DNA of 64,000 nt from Candidatus Colenecus caballi (GCA_018065615.1 JAGHSY010000033.1:8210-72209); one strand, 5' to 3'. Shown: positions 17,730 to 26,964, counted from the first letter of the stretch. Program-made: numbers and translations. Notes: generated from the letters alone by a model not told the origin.

Positions 17730-18629
17730 ATGTATTACATCTTTGTAATTAACGGAAGGGACGACATGCGCAGTGACATAGACTGCGACTTGAAAAGACA
17801 GCTTTATAATACCGAAATCCAATATGAAACCTACCACACGACAGGTATTGGAGACGGAATCCGTTTTGTAAGAATCTATTGTGACCTGCACCAGAATGCT
17901 GAGGTCTGTTTCATTGCATGCGGCGGAAGCGGCACTGTAAATGAGGTTGCACAAGGCATTTTCGGTTTCAGGCACAAGTCAATGGCCATAATGGCATACG
18001 GTTCGACAAATGACCTGATAAAGTATTATCCTGACAGGGACTTCCGTTCTCTGGACCGCATAATACGTGGTGAGAACACCAGACTTGACATAATCAGGGC
18101 CAATGACAACTATTCGCTGAATGTCATCAACTGCGGATTTGACGCCATGGTGGCTCACAGGGCAAACCAGTTCATTGAACGCGGAATCAAGGGTGCCAAA
18201 GGATACAGCCGCGCTGTCACCAGAAGCGTCCTGGGAAACAGGTTCAACAGAATCAGAGTCACCGCTGACGGTGAGAAGCTTAACCGGCGTTCAATTCTCA
18301 TGTGTACAATGGCCAATGCCGTTTACTGTGGAGGGCAGTTCAAATGCGCCCCATACGCAAAAGTCGATGACGGACTCATTGACCTCTGCCTGTTCAAGAC
18401 ATGCAGCATGTTCACTTTCCTGTATCTTCTGAACCATTTCAAAGACGGGTCGCATCTGACTGACAAATTTTCCAAAAGACACATCAAGTACCGTCAGGTC
18501 AGACACGTGGAACTTGACTCGGACTATCTCATTTACCTCTGTCTTGATGGCGAAACTACCGCTGCGACACATTTTGACATTGATATAATACCCGGAGCCA
18601 TCAACATGGTTCTCCCCTCAAAAGACTGA
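17730..18629 (+). CDS. diacylglycerol-kinase-family lipid kinase (YegS/BmrU-like)
   Basis: DAGK catalytic-domain layout with FIACGGSGTVNEV (GGDGT-type loop). Confidence 0.75.
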   Translation: MYYIFVINGRDDMRSDIDCDLKRQLYNTEIQYETYHTTGIGDGIRFVRIYCDLHQNAEVCFIACGGSGTVNEVAQGIFGFRHKSMAIMAYGSTNDLIKYYPDRDFRSLDRIIRGENTRLDIIRANDNYSLNVINCGFDAMVAHRANQFIERGIKGAKGYSRAVTRSVLGNRFNRIRVTADGEKLNRRSILMCTMANAVYCGGQFKCAPYAKVDDGLIDLCLFKTCSMFTFLYLLNHFKDGSHLTDKFSKRHIKYRQVRHVELDSDYLIYLCLDGETTAATHFDIDIIPGAINMVLPSKD

Positions 18630-18635
18630 TTGCAC

Positions 18636-19589
18636 ATGCTTGGAAAAAGGACTGTTACAATTGCATTGGCTATAGTCACGGCCATTGCCTTACATGCGCG
18701 TGAAACCGTCCGTTTCATGCCTGCATGGACTCCGCAGGCACAGTTTGCCGGATTCTATGTAGCTCTGGATATGGGCTTTTATGATGAAGAAGACCTTGAT
18801 GTGGTCATTGAGCACATGGGCATCAATTCATCAAAACCCGGAATTGTGAGAATAGCTGAAGGAGAGATTGACATGATAGGTTCACACCCCATCCAGGCAT
18901 TGATAGCCAGAGATGCCGGCACCAAAGTGGTCAACACGCTTCAAGTAACCCAGAATACGGGCATAATGGTTGTCAGCCACAAACCCATTGTGAATCTCCA
19001 GTCACTTGAAGGGGCAAAGATAGGCCGATGGCAGAGCGGGTTCAGTGAAATATGTGAATTGAGCTGCAAGGCCAACAACCTGAACGTAATCTGGGTTCCG
19101 TTCCTGAATGGCATAAACCTGTTCCTGTCCGGCGCCATTGACGCGACAGTGGCCATGAGCTACAATGAGTACAACCTTCTGGTGGAAGCCACGGGCGGCA
19201 TACCTGAAGAAAACTGCATACACTTCTCGGACTACGGATATGATATTCCTGAAGACGGGGTTTATGTCACCGAAGAATATTACAATACGCACAGGGAGAC
19301 CGTTGAGAAATTCAACCGCGCTACCTGCCGCGGATGGGACTACTGCATTGAGCACCCTGACAAAGCGCTTGACATTGTCATGAAATGGACCGAAAAGACT
19401 GGAATAAGGACCAACCGCTACCACCAGTCACTTATGCTCAAGAGCATGAACGGACTGATAGTGAATCCAAGGACTGGAAAAGCCGATTACAGTCCCATAC
19501 CTGAAGACAAGTTCAACAGACTGATACAGGCACTCATTGACATGCAGTACATTTCAAGTCCTACATCTTATAAGGAGTTCATAAAATGA
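18636..19589 (+). CDS. periplasmic solute-binding protein (NMT1/THI5-like, ABC-type SBP fold) with signal peptide
   Basis: MLGKRTVTIALAIVTAIALHA signal. Body resembles nitrate/sulfonate/thiamine-precursor type binding proteins. No permease or ATPase gene is adjacent. The stop overlaps the PP2C start. Confidence 0.6.
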   Translation: MLGKRTVTIALAIVTAIALHARETVRFMPAWTPQAQFAGFYVALDMGFYDEEDLDVVIEHMGINSSKPGIVRIAEGEIDMIGSHPIQALIARDAGTKVVNTLQVTQNTGIMVVSHKPIVNLQSLEGAKIGRWQSGFSEICELSCKANNLNVIWVPFLNGINLFLSGAIDATVAMSYNEYNLLVEATGGIPEENCIHFSDYGYDIPEDGVYVTEEYYNTHRETVEKFNRATCRGWDYCIEHPDKALDIVMKWTEKTGIRTNRYHQSLMLKSMNGLIVNPRTGKADYSPIPEDKFNRLIQALIDMQYISSPTSYKEFIK

Positions 19590-21484
19590 AAGCATCCGGT
19601 TCCTTTGCAAAACGGCTCAGCCTGAACATCATTTCCGCTACAGGTCTGCTGCTGATATTAGTAGCCCTTCTATTGGGTTTCTTTTCATATATTGTAAACT
19701 ACAAGTCAGCGGTAAAGGAGGCATCGGCCTCACTTGAAAACAACCTGCTTGACATAGAAAAGATGCTGACTGACGTTGAGGCCAGCACCAACAGCATAAC
19801 ATGGCTGCTGGAGAAATTCAATGACAACGGTGACGCCATCATTGACGTTGCGGAACATCTTGTCACGTCCGACACCAACATTGTGGCATGCGCCATAGGA
19901 TACGAGCCCTTTGAGTTCGATGACAATTCGGTGTATTTCTGCCCTACCGCCTTTATGGAAGGAGACCAGATCCGGTCAAAAATACTTGGAAGCGCAGACT
20001 ATGACTACCAGCTCATGGACTGGTATCTCATTCCGCGTCTGCTTGGCAAGCCGTACTGGAGCGAACCGTCATTTGATTCTGACGGATCAGGCAGACTTAT
20101 AGCATCGTACTCAAAACCGCTGTATCACGAAAACGGAGTCTTCTTCGGTGTCATCAAGGCCGATATCGACCTGAAATGGCTTACAGAAAAGGTTCAGGCA
20201 ATCAAGCCGTATGAGAACTCCATCACTGTTCTGGCCGGACGCAACGCATCGTACATAACTCACGTTGACAGCACCAAAATCCTTAACGAAACGCTGTTCA
20301 CCCAAGCACTTGAAGCCGGTGATGAAAAAGGCTTGATGGTGGCAAAGGACATGATTGCCGGCAACAGCGGTGTACAACATTTCGGCAATACCAGGGAAAA
20401 CGGCGGCATAATTGTCTATGGTCCCATGGACAACGGCTGGTCAGGTGCCATTATCTGTTCTTACAGTGACATTTACAGCGGTGTGAGAAAGGCCAATCTC
20501 ATAACACTGCTCATTGCCTTATTAAGCCTTGTGGCACTTTACTATACCGACAAATCAATCATCCAGCGTCTGACCCAGCCAATCACCGAATTCGCATATT
20601 CGGCACTGAACATAGGTCAGGGCAATTTCCACGCACGAATCCCTGAAATCAAGACTCAGGACGAACTCAGGCGGCTGCACGACGCACTCGGATACATGGA
20701 ATCGTCTATCAACAACTATATTGCCGAACTGCGCACCACAACGGCATCGAACGAACGTTTTGAAAGCGAACTGAACATTGCAAGCGCAATCCAGATGCAG
20801 ATGCTGCCCAAGGATTTCCCCAACTGTGACGAGATTGACCTGTATGCGACCCTGCATCCGGCCAAAGAGGTTGGCGGTGATTTGTACGACTTCTTCACAA
20901 ACGGGCGCAACCTGTATTTCTGCGTAGGTGACGTGTCAGGAAAGGGCGTTCCGGCTGCATTGTATATGGCTATCACACGAGCCGCATTCCGTTTCATTGC
21001 GGGCCTGGAACTGCCTGCCGAGGGTGTGGTGCAGAAAATCAACAACTCATTCTGCGACGGAAATGACAGCGGCATGTTCGTGACAATGTTTGTAGGCTGC
21101 ATCAATCTGGACACTTTGGAAATGAAATACTGCAATGCCGGACACAATCCCATCCTGATAATCAGTCCTGACGGCAAACCTGAATATCTGCATGCCAAAC
21201 CCAATCTGGCAGCCGGCCTGTTTGAGGACTTCCCGTACCAGGGTGAAACAATGCAGCTGGAAAAAGGATCCAGACTGGTCATTTATACCGATGGAGTCAC
21301 TGAAGCTGAAGACAGGGTCAAGAACCTGTACGGTGAGGAACGTCTGGAGCAGTTTGCAGCCAAGGAAGACACCGCAGAGGATTCTGTCAGCTTCCTTACC
21401 AATCTGGCCGCTTCAATCAAGTCGTTCACACTGGACAATGACCAGAATGATGACATAACCATGATGTCCATCAGACTGAAATGA
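19586..21484 (+). CDS. membrane sensor PP2C/SpoIIE-family serine phosphatase (RsbU-like) with periplasmic sensor domain and HAMP-like linker
   Basis: Two TM segments flank a ~270-aa extracytoplasmic region. PP2C motifs EVGGDLYDFF, CVGDVSGKGVPAALYM, YCNAGHNP, VIYTDGVTEA and NDDITMMSIR. Confidence 0.88.
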   Translation: MKASGSFAKRLSLNIISATGLLLILVALLLGFFSYIVNYKSAVKEASASLENNLLDIEKMLTDVEASTNSITWLLEKFNDNGDAIIDVAEHLVTSDTNIVACAIGYEPFEFDDNSVYFCPTAFMEGDQIRSKILGSADYDYQLMDWYLIPRLLGKPYWSEPSFDSDGSGRLIASYSKPLYHENGVFFGVIKADIDLKWLTEKVQAIKPYENSITVLAGRNASYITHVDSTKILNETLFTQALEAGDEKGLMVAKDMIAGNSGVQHFGNTRENGGIIVYGPMDNGWSGAIICSYSDIYSGVRKANLITLLIALLSLVALYYTDKSIIQRLTQPITEFAYSALNIGQGNFHARIPEIKTQDELRRLHDALGYMESSINNYIAELRTTTASNERFESELNIASAIQMQMLPKDFPNCDEIDLYATLHPAKEVGGDLYDFFTNGRNLYFCVGDVSGKGVPAALYMAITRAAFRFIAGLELPAEGVVQKINNSFCDGNDSGMFVTMFVGCINLDTLEMKYCNAGHNPILIISPDGKPEYLHAKPNLAAGLFEDFPYQGETMQLEKGSRLVIYTDGVTEAEDRVKNLYGEERLEQFAAKEDTAEDSVSFLTNLAASIKSFTLDNDQNDDITMMSIRLK

Positions 21485-22440
21485 AAAACGGCGGGATATT
21501 CCTCTATCATTTCCTTGCCTTCATGACAATGGCATTGTGGGGTGTGACATTTGTCTCGACCAAAATGCTCATTAATGCCGGACTCACCCCGGCGCAGATT
21601 TTCACAATCAGGTTCATCATTGCCTACATCGGACTGTGGGCAATATGCCTTGTACGCGGCAGCCGCAGACTGTTATCTGAATCCTGGACCCATGAACTCA
21701 TATTCCTTGTCCTTGGCATAACCGGCGGTTCAATGTATTTTCTCACCGAAAACACAGCCCTTGCCAATACGCAGGCATGCAATGTGTCATTCATAGTATG
21801 CATTGCCCCGCTGCTGACCACAATTCTGACATTGTCAATAAGAAAACTGCTGCGCAACAGCTTTTCTGAAAAACTTGAAGATGTCAGGGTAGGTCTGCCG
21901 CTTATTGCCGGAACCGTTCTGGCACTGTTGGGAATGGGCATGGTGATTTTTGACGGCGTGGGCCTGAACCTGTCCCCAAAAGGAGACATACTGGCATTCC
22001 TTGCCGCACTTTGCTGGGCCGTTTACAGCCAGTTCATGGGGCAGATGACAGACATTTACGGAACATACTTTGCAACCCGCAAGGTGTTCTTCTACGGACT
22101 TCTGACCATTATTCCGGTCCTTTTAATGTCCGATAACTCCAACCTGAGCGCAGTCAGATTCTCAAGCCCTGAGGTTTGGGGCAACCTGCTGTTCCTTGCC
22201 GTAATGGCATCGCTTGTATGCTTTGTGGTCTGGAACAGGGTAATGGCCACTATCGGAAACGTGACTGCAACCAATTACGTATATCTGAACCCTGTATTCA
22301 CGCTGATTACCGCTGTCATTGTCCTTGGTGAAAGCATGACGTTTGCATCGGGCCTGGGATCTGTCATGATTCTTGGCGGTGTGATCATTGCCGGAAGCAG
22401 AATTCCCTACAACAGACATCCTAAACCAAAACAGATATGA
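21481..22440 (+). CDS. DMT-superfamily (EamA-type) transporter
   Basis: About 10 predicted TM helices in two repeats. 4-nt overlaps with both neighbouring genes. Confidence 0.8.
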   Translation: MKNGGIFLYHFLAFMTMALWGVTFVSTKMLINAGLTPAQIFTIRFIIAYIGLWAICLVRGSRRLLSESWTHELIFLVLGITGGSMYFLTENTALANTQACNVSFIVCIAPLLTTILTLSIRKLLRNSFSEKLEDVRVGLPLIAGTVLALLGMGMVIFDGVGLNLSPKGDILAFLAALCWAVYSQFMGQMTDIYGTYFATRKVFFYGLLTIIPVLLMSDNSNLSAVRFSSPEVWGNLLFLAVMASLVCFVVWNRVMATIGNVTATNYVYLNPVFTLITAVIVLGESMTFASGLGSVMILGGVIIAGSRIPYNRHPKPKQI

Positions 22441-22976
22441 AAAAACTGACATTTGCCTTGATCATTGCCTGCACACTCATTTCATGCGTCAGCCAGGCTC
22501 AGACTGAAAAGAAAGAAAACACGGTAACTGAAGCAATCATGGGCCGCCGTTCAATACGCAAGTATCAGGACAAGGCCGTAGAGAAGGAAAAGCTGCAGCA
22601 GATTGCTGAAGCAGGCATTAATGCCCCCAACGCCATGAACGCTCAGGGCTGGGCTGTGCGAATAGCACAGAACAAGGAGCTGATAAGCGGCATTCGCGGC
22701 ACGCATGGAGGCACGGCGCTTATTTTCGTTGCCGGACGCAATGCCGTTGACTGCGGTCTTATGGGCCAGAACATGATGCTTACAGCGTATGATCTCGGAC
22801 TTGGCACCGTAATCATGACCGGACCGCTTGGCGGAATAAAAGGCAATGCCGACATTATGAAGAAACTGGAACTGCCTGAAGGAATGGAACTGCAGTTCGT
22901 CATTGAAGTGGGCTACCCTGATGAACAGCCCGATGCCAAACCGCGCAAAATGGACGTAATCAAATTCTTGGAATAA
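22437..22976 (+). CDS. nitroreductase-family flavoprotein with lipoprotein-type signal peptide
   Basis: MKKLTFALIIACTLISC lipobox-like N-terminus, then GRRSIRKYQDK and a short nitroreductase fold. Confidence 0.7.
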   Translation: MKKLTFALIIACTLISCVSQAQTEKKENTVTEAIMGRRSIRKYQDKAVEKEKLQQIAEAGINAPNAMNAQGWAVRIAQNKELISGIRGTHGGTALIFVAGRNAVDCGLMGQNMMLTAYDLGLGTVIMTGPLGGIKGNADIMKKLELPEGMELQFVIEVGYPDEQPDAKPRKMDVIKFLE

Positions 22977-22982
22977 AATAAA

Positions 22983-24974
22983 ATGAAAGTACTTACAAAA
23001 ATCATGATGATTTCAGGCGTGCTGGCCATAACAGCCGGCTGTGGACAGAAGAAAGATTCGGACTTCAAGTATCTGCTTGATGAATTTGCAGACCTCAAAG
23101 TCATGCGTTACAAGATTCCCGGCTGGGAAGATCTGACCCTTAAGCAGAAGGAATACGCATACCATCTGGCCGAGGCCGCCAAGTGGGGCCGTGACATCCA
23201 CTGGGACCAGAACTGCAGGTTTAACCTGCCCATACGCCACACCGTTGAGAACATCATTGAGAACTATTCAGGCGACCGTGACTGCACGGAATTCCAGCAG
23301 TTCATGGTATATGCCAAGCGTCTGTTCTTTGCCAACGGCATTCACCACCACTATGCCGAGGACAAGTTCTTCCCGGAGTGCTCAAAGGAATACTTCCAGT
23401 CACTTATGTCAGCTGTCGGAGAAAACAATTCCGAACTGCTGGACATAATATATGACAAGGACAACTGGCTGCAGCGCCGCTCAACATCAACAGACGGTGA
23501 CATTGTGGTACTTTCAGCAGGCAACTTCTATGAGGGAGTGACCCGTACCGAGGTTGAGAAATACTACGAGTCCATACAGGATGCATCGGACGAAACACCA
23601 ATTGCCTACGGTCTGAACACCAAGGTTGTAAAGTCCGATGGCAAAGTGGTGGAGATTCCATGGTGCAAGGACGGCATGTACGGCCCTGCCATTGCTAAGA
23701 TATGTGACGAGCTTGCTCTTGCTGCCGCATGTGCAGAGAACGACATACAGAAGCGCGCTCTGGCACTCCTTATCAAATATTACGAGACAGGAGACCTTAA
23801 GACATGGGACGAATTCAACATTGAATGGGTAAAGGACACCATCGGAACAGTTGACTTCATCAACGGATTCATTGAGGACTACAATGACCCGCTGGGACGC
23901 AAGGGCGCATGGGAAGGCTATGTCAACATCAAGGACCACAAGGCATCGGAGCGTTCAGTCATCCTGAGCCAGAACGCACAGTGGTTTGAGGACAATTCAC
24001 CGGTTGACCCGCGCTTCAAGAAGAAGGAGGTCAAGGGCGTTTCAGCAAAGGTTGTCAACGCTGTCTGCCTGGCAGGTGACAGCTACCCCGCCACACCCAT
24101 CGGAATAAACCTTCCTAACGCCGACTGGATACGCAAAATGTACGGCAGCAAGTCCGTTACCATTGCCAACATTACCCATGCGTATGACTACGCTGCACAG
24201 GAATCGCCCAAGAACACGCTTGACGAATTTGCCTATGACGATGCTGACAAGGCCCTGTACCGCCAGTGGGGATCATACGCCGATGAAATCCATACCGACC
24301 TGCACGAATGCCTTGGCCACGGCTCAGGCCAGCTGCTGCCCGGTGTGTCATCGACCGCTATGGGCGAATATTCATCGACCTTGGAAGAGGCCCGCGCAGA
24401 CCTGTTCGGACTATATTTCACTGCAGACCCCAAGATGGTCGAACTTGGCATAATGCCCAACATGGAAGCCTACAAGGCCGAATATTCCAACTACATACGC
24501 AACGGCATCATGGTGCAGTTCAACCGCGTGGAGCTGGGCCGTCCCAACACCGAAGCCCACATGCAGAACCGCAAACTCATTGCTGACTGGTGCTACGAAC
24601 ACGGACGGAAGGACAACGTGATTGAAAAGAAAATCCGCAACGGCAAGACCTATTTCGTGGTCAACGACTATGAGAAGTTGCGCGGCCTGTTTGCCGAACT
24701 CCTGGCCGAGATCCAGCGCATCAAGTCCGAAGGTGACTATGAAGCCGGCAAGAAGCTGGTCGAGACCTACGCCGTGAACATTGACCCCGCCCTGCACAAG
24801 GAAGTCAAGGAGCGCTACGACGCCCTGAACCTGAAGCCTTACGGCGGTTTCATCAACCCGGACATCGTTCCAGTCAAGGACGCATCCGGCAAGGTTGTTG
24901 ACTATGAGGTGGTTTATAATGACAACTACCTGCAACAGCAGCTTGACTACGGCAAGAAATACGGTGTATTGTAA
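22983..24974 (+). CDS. dipeptidyl-peptidase III (peptidase M49), lipoprotein
   Basis: HECLGHGSG and LEEARADL are the two M49 zinc-binding motifs. N-terminal signal ends in AGC. Confidence 0.85.
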   Translation: MKVLTKIMMISGVLAITAGCGQKKDSDFKYLLDEFADLKVMRYKIPGWEDLTLKQKEYAYHLAEAAKWGRDIHWDQNCRFNLPIRHTVENIIENYSGDRDCTEFQQFMVYAKRLFFANGIHHHYAEDKFFPECSKEYFQSLMSAVGENNSELLDIIYDKDNWLQRRSTSTDGDIVVLSAGNFYEGVTRTEVEKYYESIQDASDETPIAYGLNTKVVKSDGKVVEIPWCKDGMYGPAIAKICDELALAAACAENDIQKRALALLIKYYETGDLKTWDEFNIEWVKDTIGTVDFINGFIEDYNDPLGRKGAWEGYVNIKDHKASERSVILSQNAQWFEDNSPVDPRFKKKEVKGVSAKVVNAVCLAGDSYPATPIGINLPNADWIRKMYGSKSVTIANITHAYDYAAQESPKNTLDEFAYDDADKALYRQWGSYADEIHTDLHECLGHGSGQLLPGVSSTAMGEYSSTLEEARADLFGLYFTADPKMVELGIMPNMEAYKAEYSNYIRNGIMVQFNRVELGRPNTEAHMQNRKLIADWCYEHGRKDNVIEKKIRNGKTYFVVNDYEKLRGLFAELLAEIQRIKSEGDYEAGKKLVETYAVNIDPALHKEVKERYDALNLKPYGGFINPDIVPVKDASGKVVDYEVVYNDNYLQQQLDYGKKYGVL

Positions 24975-24997
24975 AGTTTAAGTGCCTGCATATTTGT

Positions 24998-25041
24998 ATC
25001 TCGGAACTCTTCATACTTTGAAGTGTTCCGAGATTTTTTTT
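24998..25041 (+). terminator. rho-independent terminator after the DPP3 gene
   Basis: 10-bp stem ATCTCGGAAC/GTTCCGAGAT with an inner CTTCA/TGAAG extension, followed by a T8 run. Confidence 0.75.
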
Positions 25042-25083
25042 AACCGTTGCGGTAACTGATAACCAAATGTCCATTTAGGTTCG

Positions 25084-25230
25084 ATGAACAAAAAAGGCAG
25101 TGATTTTGTTCATGGAAGCAGAAAACGGAAGAACCTCGAGAAGGTAACCCCATCCACAAGGCCTATAGGAGGGGTGGCTACAGCGGACCTGTTATCGTGG
25201 AACAAAAAAGATGGTAATTTTGTTCCTGTA
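25084..25230. repeat. two GAACAAAA..TTTTGTTC hairpins spaced 114 nt apart, related to the 35.6 kb tandem array
   Basis: ATGAACAAAA-N10-TTTTGTTCAT (GAACA at 25086) and GGAACAAAA-N10-TTTTGTTCC (GAACA at 25200). Confidence 0.6.
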
Positions 25231-25238
25231 GACAGATA

Positions 25239-25529
25239 TCAGCAACCAACAATGATAGGGACGGCCAGGATACGGTCCGGCCATGAGGGATAGTAGACCA
25301 ACGGGTGCTCCTGCCCGTCAAGGGTGTTCCAGTCAACTCGGCTCAGACGGCTGAAATCAGGTGCTCCGAAATCGAAAGAACGGGCAAAGAGGATGATGGT
25401 CCCGTTTTCATTCTCCCACAGACCTCCGCCGCAGCAGTCATCCTGACCGGGTTCCAGCAGGTCCATATGACGTGATACCTGACCGAACTTCAGGACACCG
25501 GCGGTTGTAATGATGAACTTCTTGTACAT
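25239..25529 (-). CDS. hypothetical protein (96 aa)
   Basis: ORF trimmed to MYKKFIITTAG. No family recognised. Only 40 bp separates it from the divergent pepD start, so its reality is uncertain. Confidence 0.35.
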   Translation of the reverse strand: MYKKFIITTAGVLKFGQVSRHMDLLEPGQDDCCGGGLWENENGTIILFARSFDFGAPDFSRLSRVDWNTLDGQEHPLVYYPSWPDRILAVPIIVGC

Positions 25530-25569
25530 GGTCTGCAAAAATAGTACTTTTGGGCAAAACCATACCGAT

Positions 25570-26964
25570 ATGACTTTTACAGAAAGAGTATTTGACATTT
25601 TCAGTCAGCTGAATGCAATTCCGCGCCCGTCACACCATGAGGAGAAGGTAGCTGATTTCCTTTGCGGCTATGCGAGCAAACTGGGTCTGGAGTATGACCG
25701 TGATGCGCAGAACTGCGTTGTAATACGTAAACCGGCTACACCCGGAAATGAGAATGCCGGGACAGTTGTGCTGCTCAACCACATGGATATGGTGGCAGTG
25801 GGTGACGGAACAAGACCTTTCAACCCATTGACTGACGGCATTGAAAGCTATATTGACGGCGGTTTCATGAAGGCCCGCGGGACTTCACTTGGAGCAGACA
25901 ACGGCATAGGACTGAGCATGGCGCTGGCCGTGCTTGCCAGTGACGACATAATTCACGGTCCCATAGAGGTGCTGACCACCACCAATGAAGAAGACGGAAT
26001 GACCGGTGCAGCCGGCATGTCATCGGACTTCATACGCGGCCGTAAGGTCATAAACCTGGACAGTGAGGACTATGACACCATAACCGTTGGTGCGGCCGGC
26101 GCATACCTGCAGATTGCCACAATTAAGACCGATGCCAGGCCGGCTCCTGTAGGAATGCGGTTCTACAGCGTGAGTCTGAGTGGCGGCGCAGGCGGACATT
26201 CCGGTGTGGACATTGGCAAGGGACGCATCAATGCCAACCAGGCACTTGCCCAACTGTTGCTGGACAATTGTCCCGATTTGCAGATTTCAAGCTTTGACGG
26301 TGGAAGCGCAAACGCTTCAATTGCGGCATCGGCTACGGCAGTGATTGCTGTTCCTGCTGAAATCACATTAGACGGATTTGAATCTGTGAGCTCAAGATAC
26401 AGTGACGGAGAAGGTCTGAAACTTGAAGTCAATGAGGTTCCGGAGCAGCAGGTCATTGCCGATGCATCACTGCTAAGGCTGATTGCCTCCCTGCCCTGCG
26501 GAGTGATAAGGATGCATGACAGCCTGCCCGGAACGGTCATGACCAGCAACAATATAGGAATGGTGCGCACAGAAGGCGGCACAATAACCATTTCATGCCA
26601 CACACGCAGTTTCAGTGACACGGAGATGGTGGCAACTGCAGAAGGGATAAGCCGCAGGTTCCGTGAATATGGCGCACAAGTTCAGGTAATGATGAACACC
26701 CCCGGCTGGCAGGAGAACAGCTCATCGGACTTCTTGAAAATGACTGACAGCACATTCCGTGACGTGCTTGGATTCTCACCACGTAAGGTGGCCATGCATT
26801 TTGTCCTTGAGGCCGGATATTACGTACAGAAGTTCCCGGGCATTGAAATTGCATGCATAGGCCCGCGTATCATTGAGCCGCATTCAACAAAGGAACGGGT
26901 CGAACTGTCAACGGTTCATGACATCTGTCGCGTGCTGGTGGAAATGCTGCGGCGGCTGGCATAA
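25570..26964 (+). CDS. pepD: aminoacyl-histidine (Xaa-His) dipeptidase, peptidase M20 family
   Basis: Start chosen at MTFTERVFDIF. HMDMVAV and TTTNEEDGMTGA are metal-ligand motifs of PepD-type M20 enzymes. Confidence 0.82.
   Translation: MTFTERVFDIFSQLNAIPRPSHHEEKVADFLCGYASKLGLEYDRDAQNCVVIRKPATPGNENAGTVVLLNHMDMVAVGDGTRPFNPLTDGIESYIDGGFMKARGTSLGADNGIGLSMALAVLASDDIIHGPIEVLTTTNEEDGMTGAAGMSSDFIRGRKVINLDSEDYDTITVGAAGAYLQIATIKTDARPAPVGMRFYSVSLSGGAGGHSGVDIGKGRINANQALAQLLLDNCPDLQISSFDGGSANASIAASATAVIAVPAEITLDGFESVSSRYSDGEGLKLEVNEVPEQQVIADASLLRLIASLPCGVIRMHDSLPGTVMTSNNIGMVRTEGGTITISCHTRSFSDTEMVATAEGISRRFREYGAQVQVMMNTPGWQENSSSDFLKMTDSTFRDVLGFSPRKVAMHFVLEAGYYVQKFPGIEIACIGPRIIEPHSTKERVELSTVHDICRVLVEMLRRLA

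Noticed and set aside
17628-17975. N-terminal 116 codons of ORF 17229..17975
   Set aside because: This extension would cross the divergent promoter region and overlap the lipid-kinase gene. The kinase domain begins at the internal Met (MKVLIDP, 17627), giving the normal ~130-aa RsbW/SpoIIAB size.
14400-22976. Search for a sigma factor or anti-sigma transmembrane partner belonging to the STAS/kinase pair
   Set aside because: None of the ORFs of 60 aa or more in or around this region shows sigma-70 region 2/4 motifs. This absence is what motivates the non-sigma-output hypothesis, and it cannot exclude a sigma factor encoded outside the window.
25510-25569. Alternative upstream start (MMNFLYMVCK..) for pepD
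   Set aside because: It would overlap the divergent 96-aa ORF and adds a non-conserved-looking hydrophobic peptide. PepD homology starts near MTFTERVFDIF.
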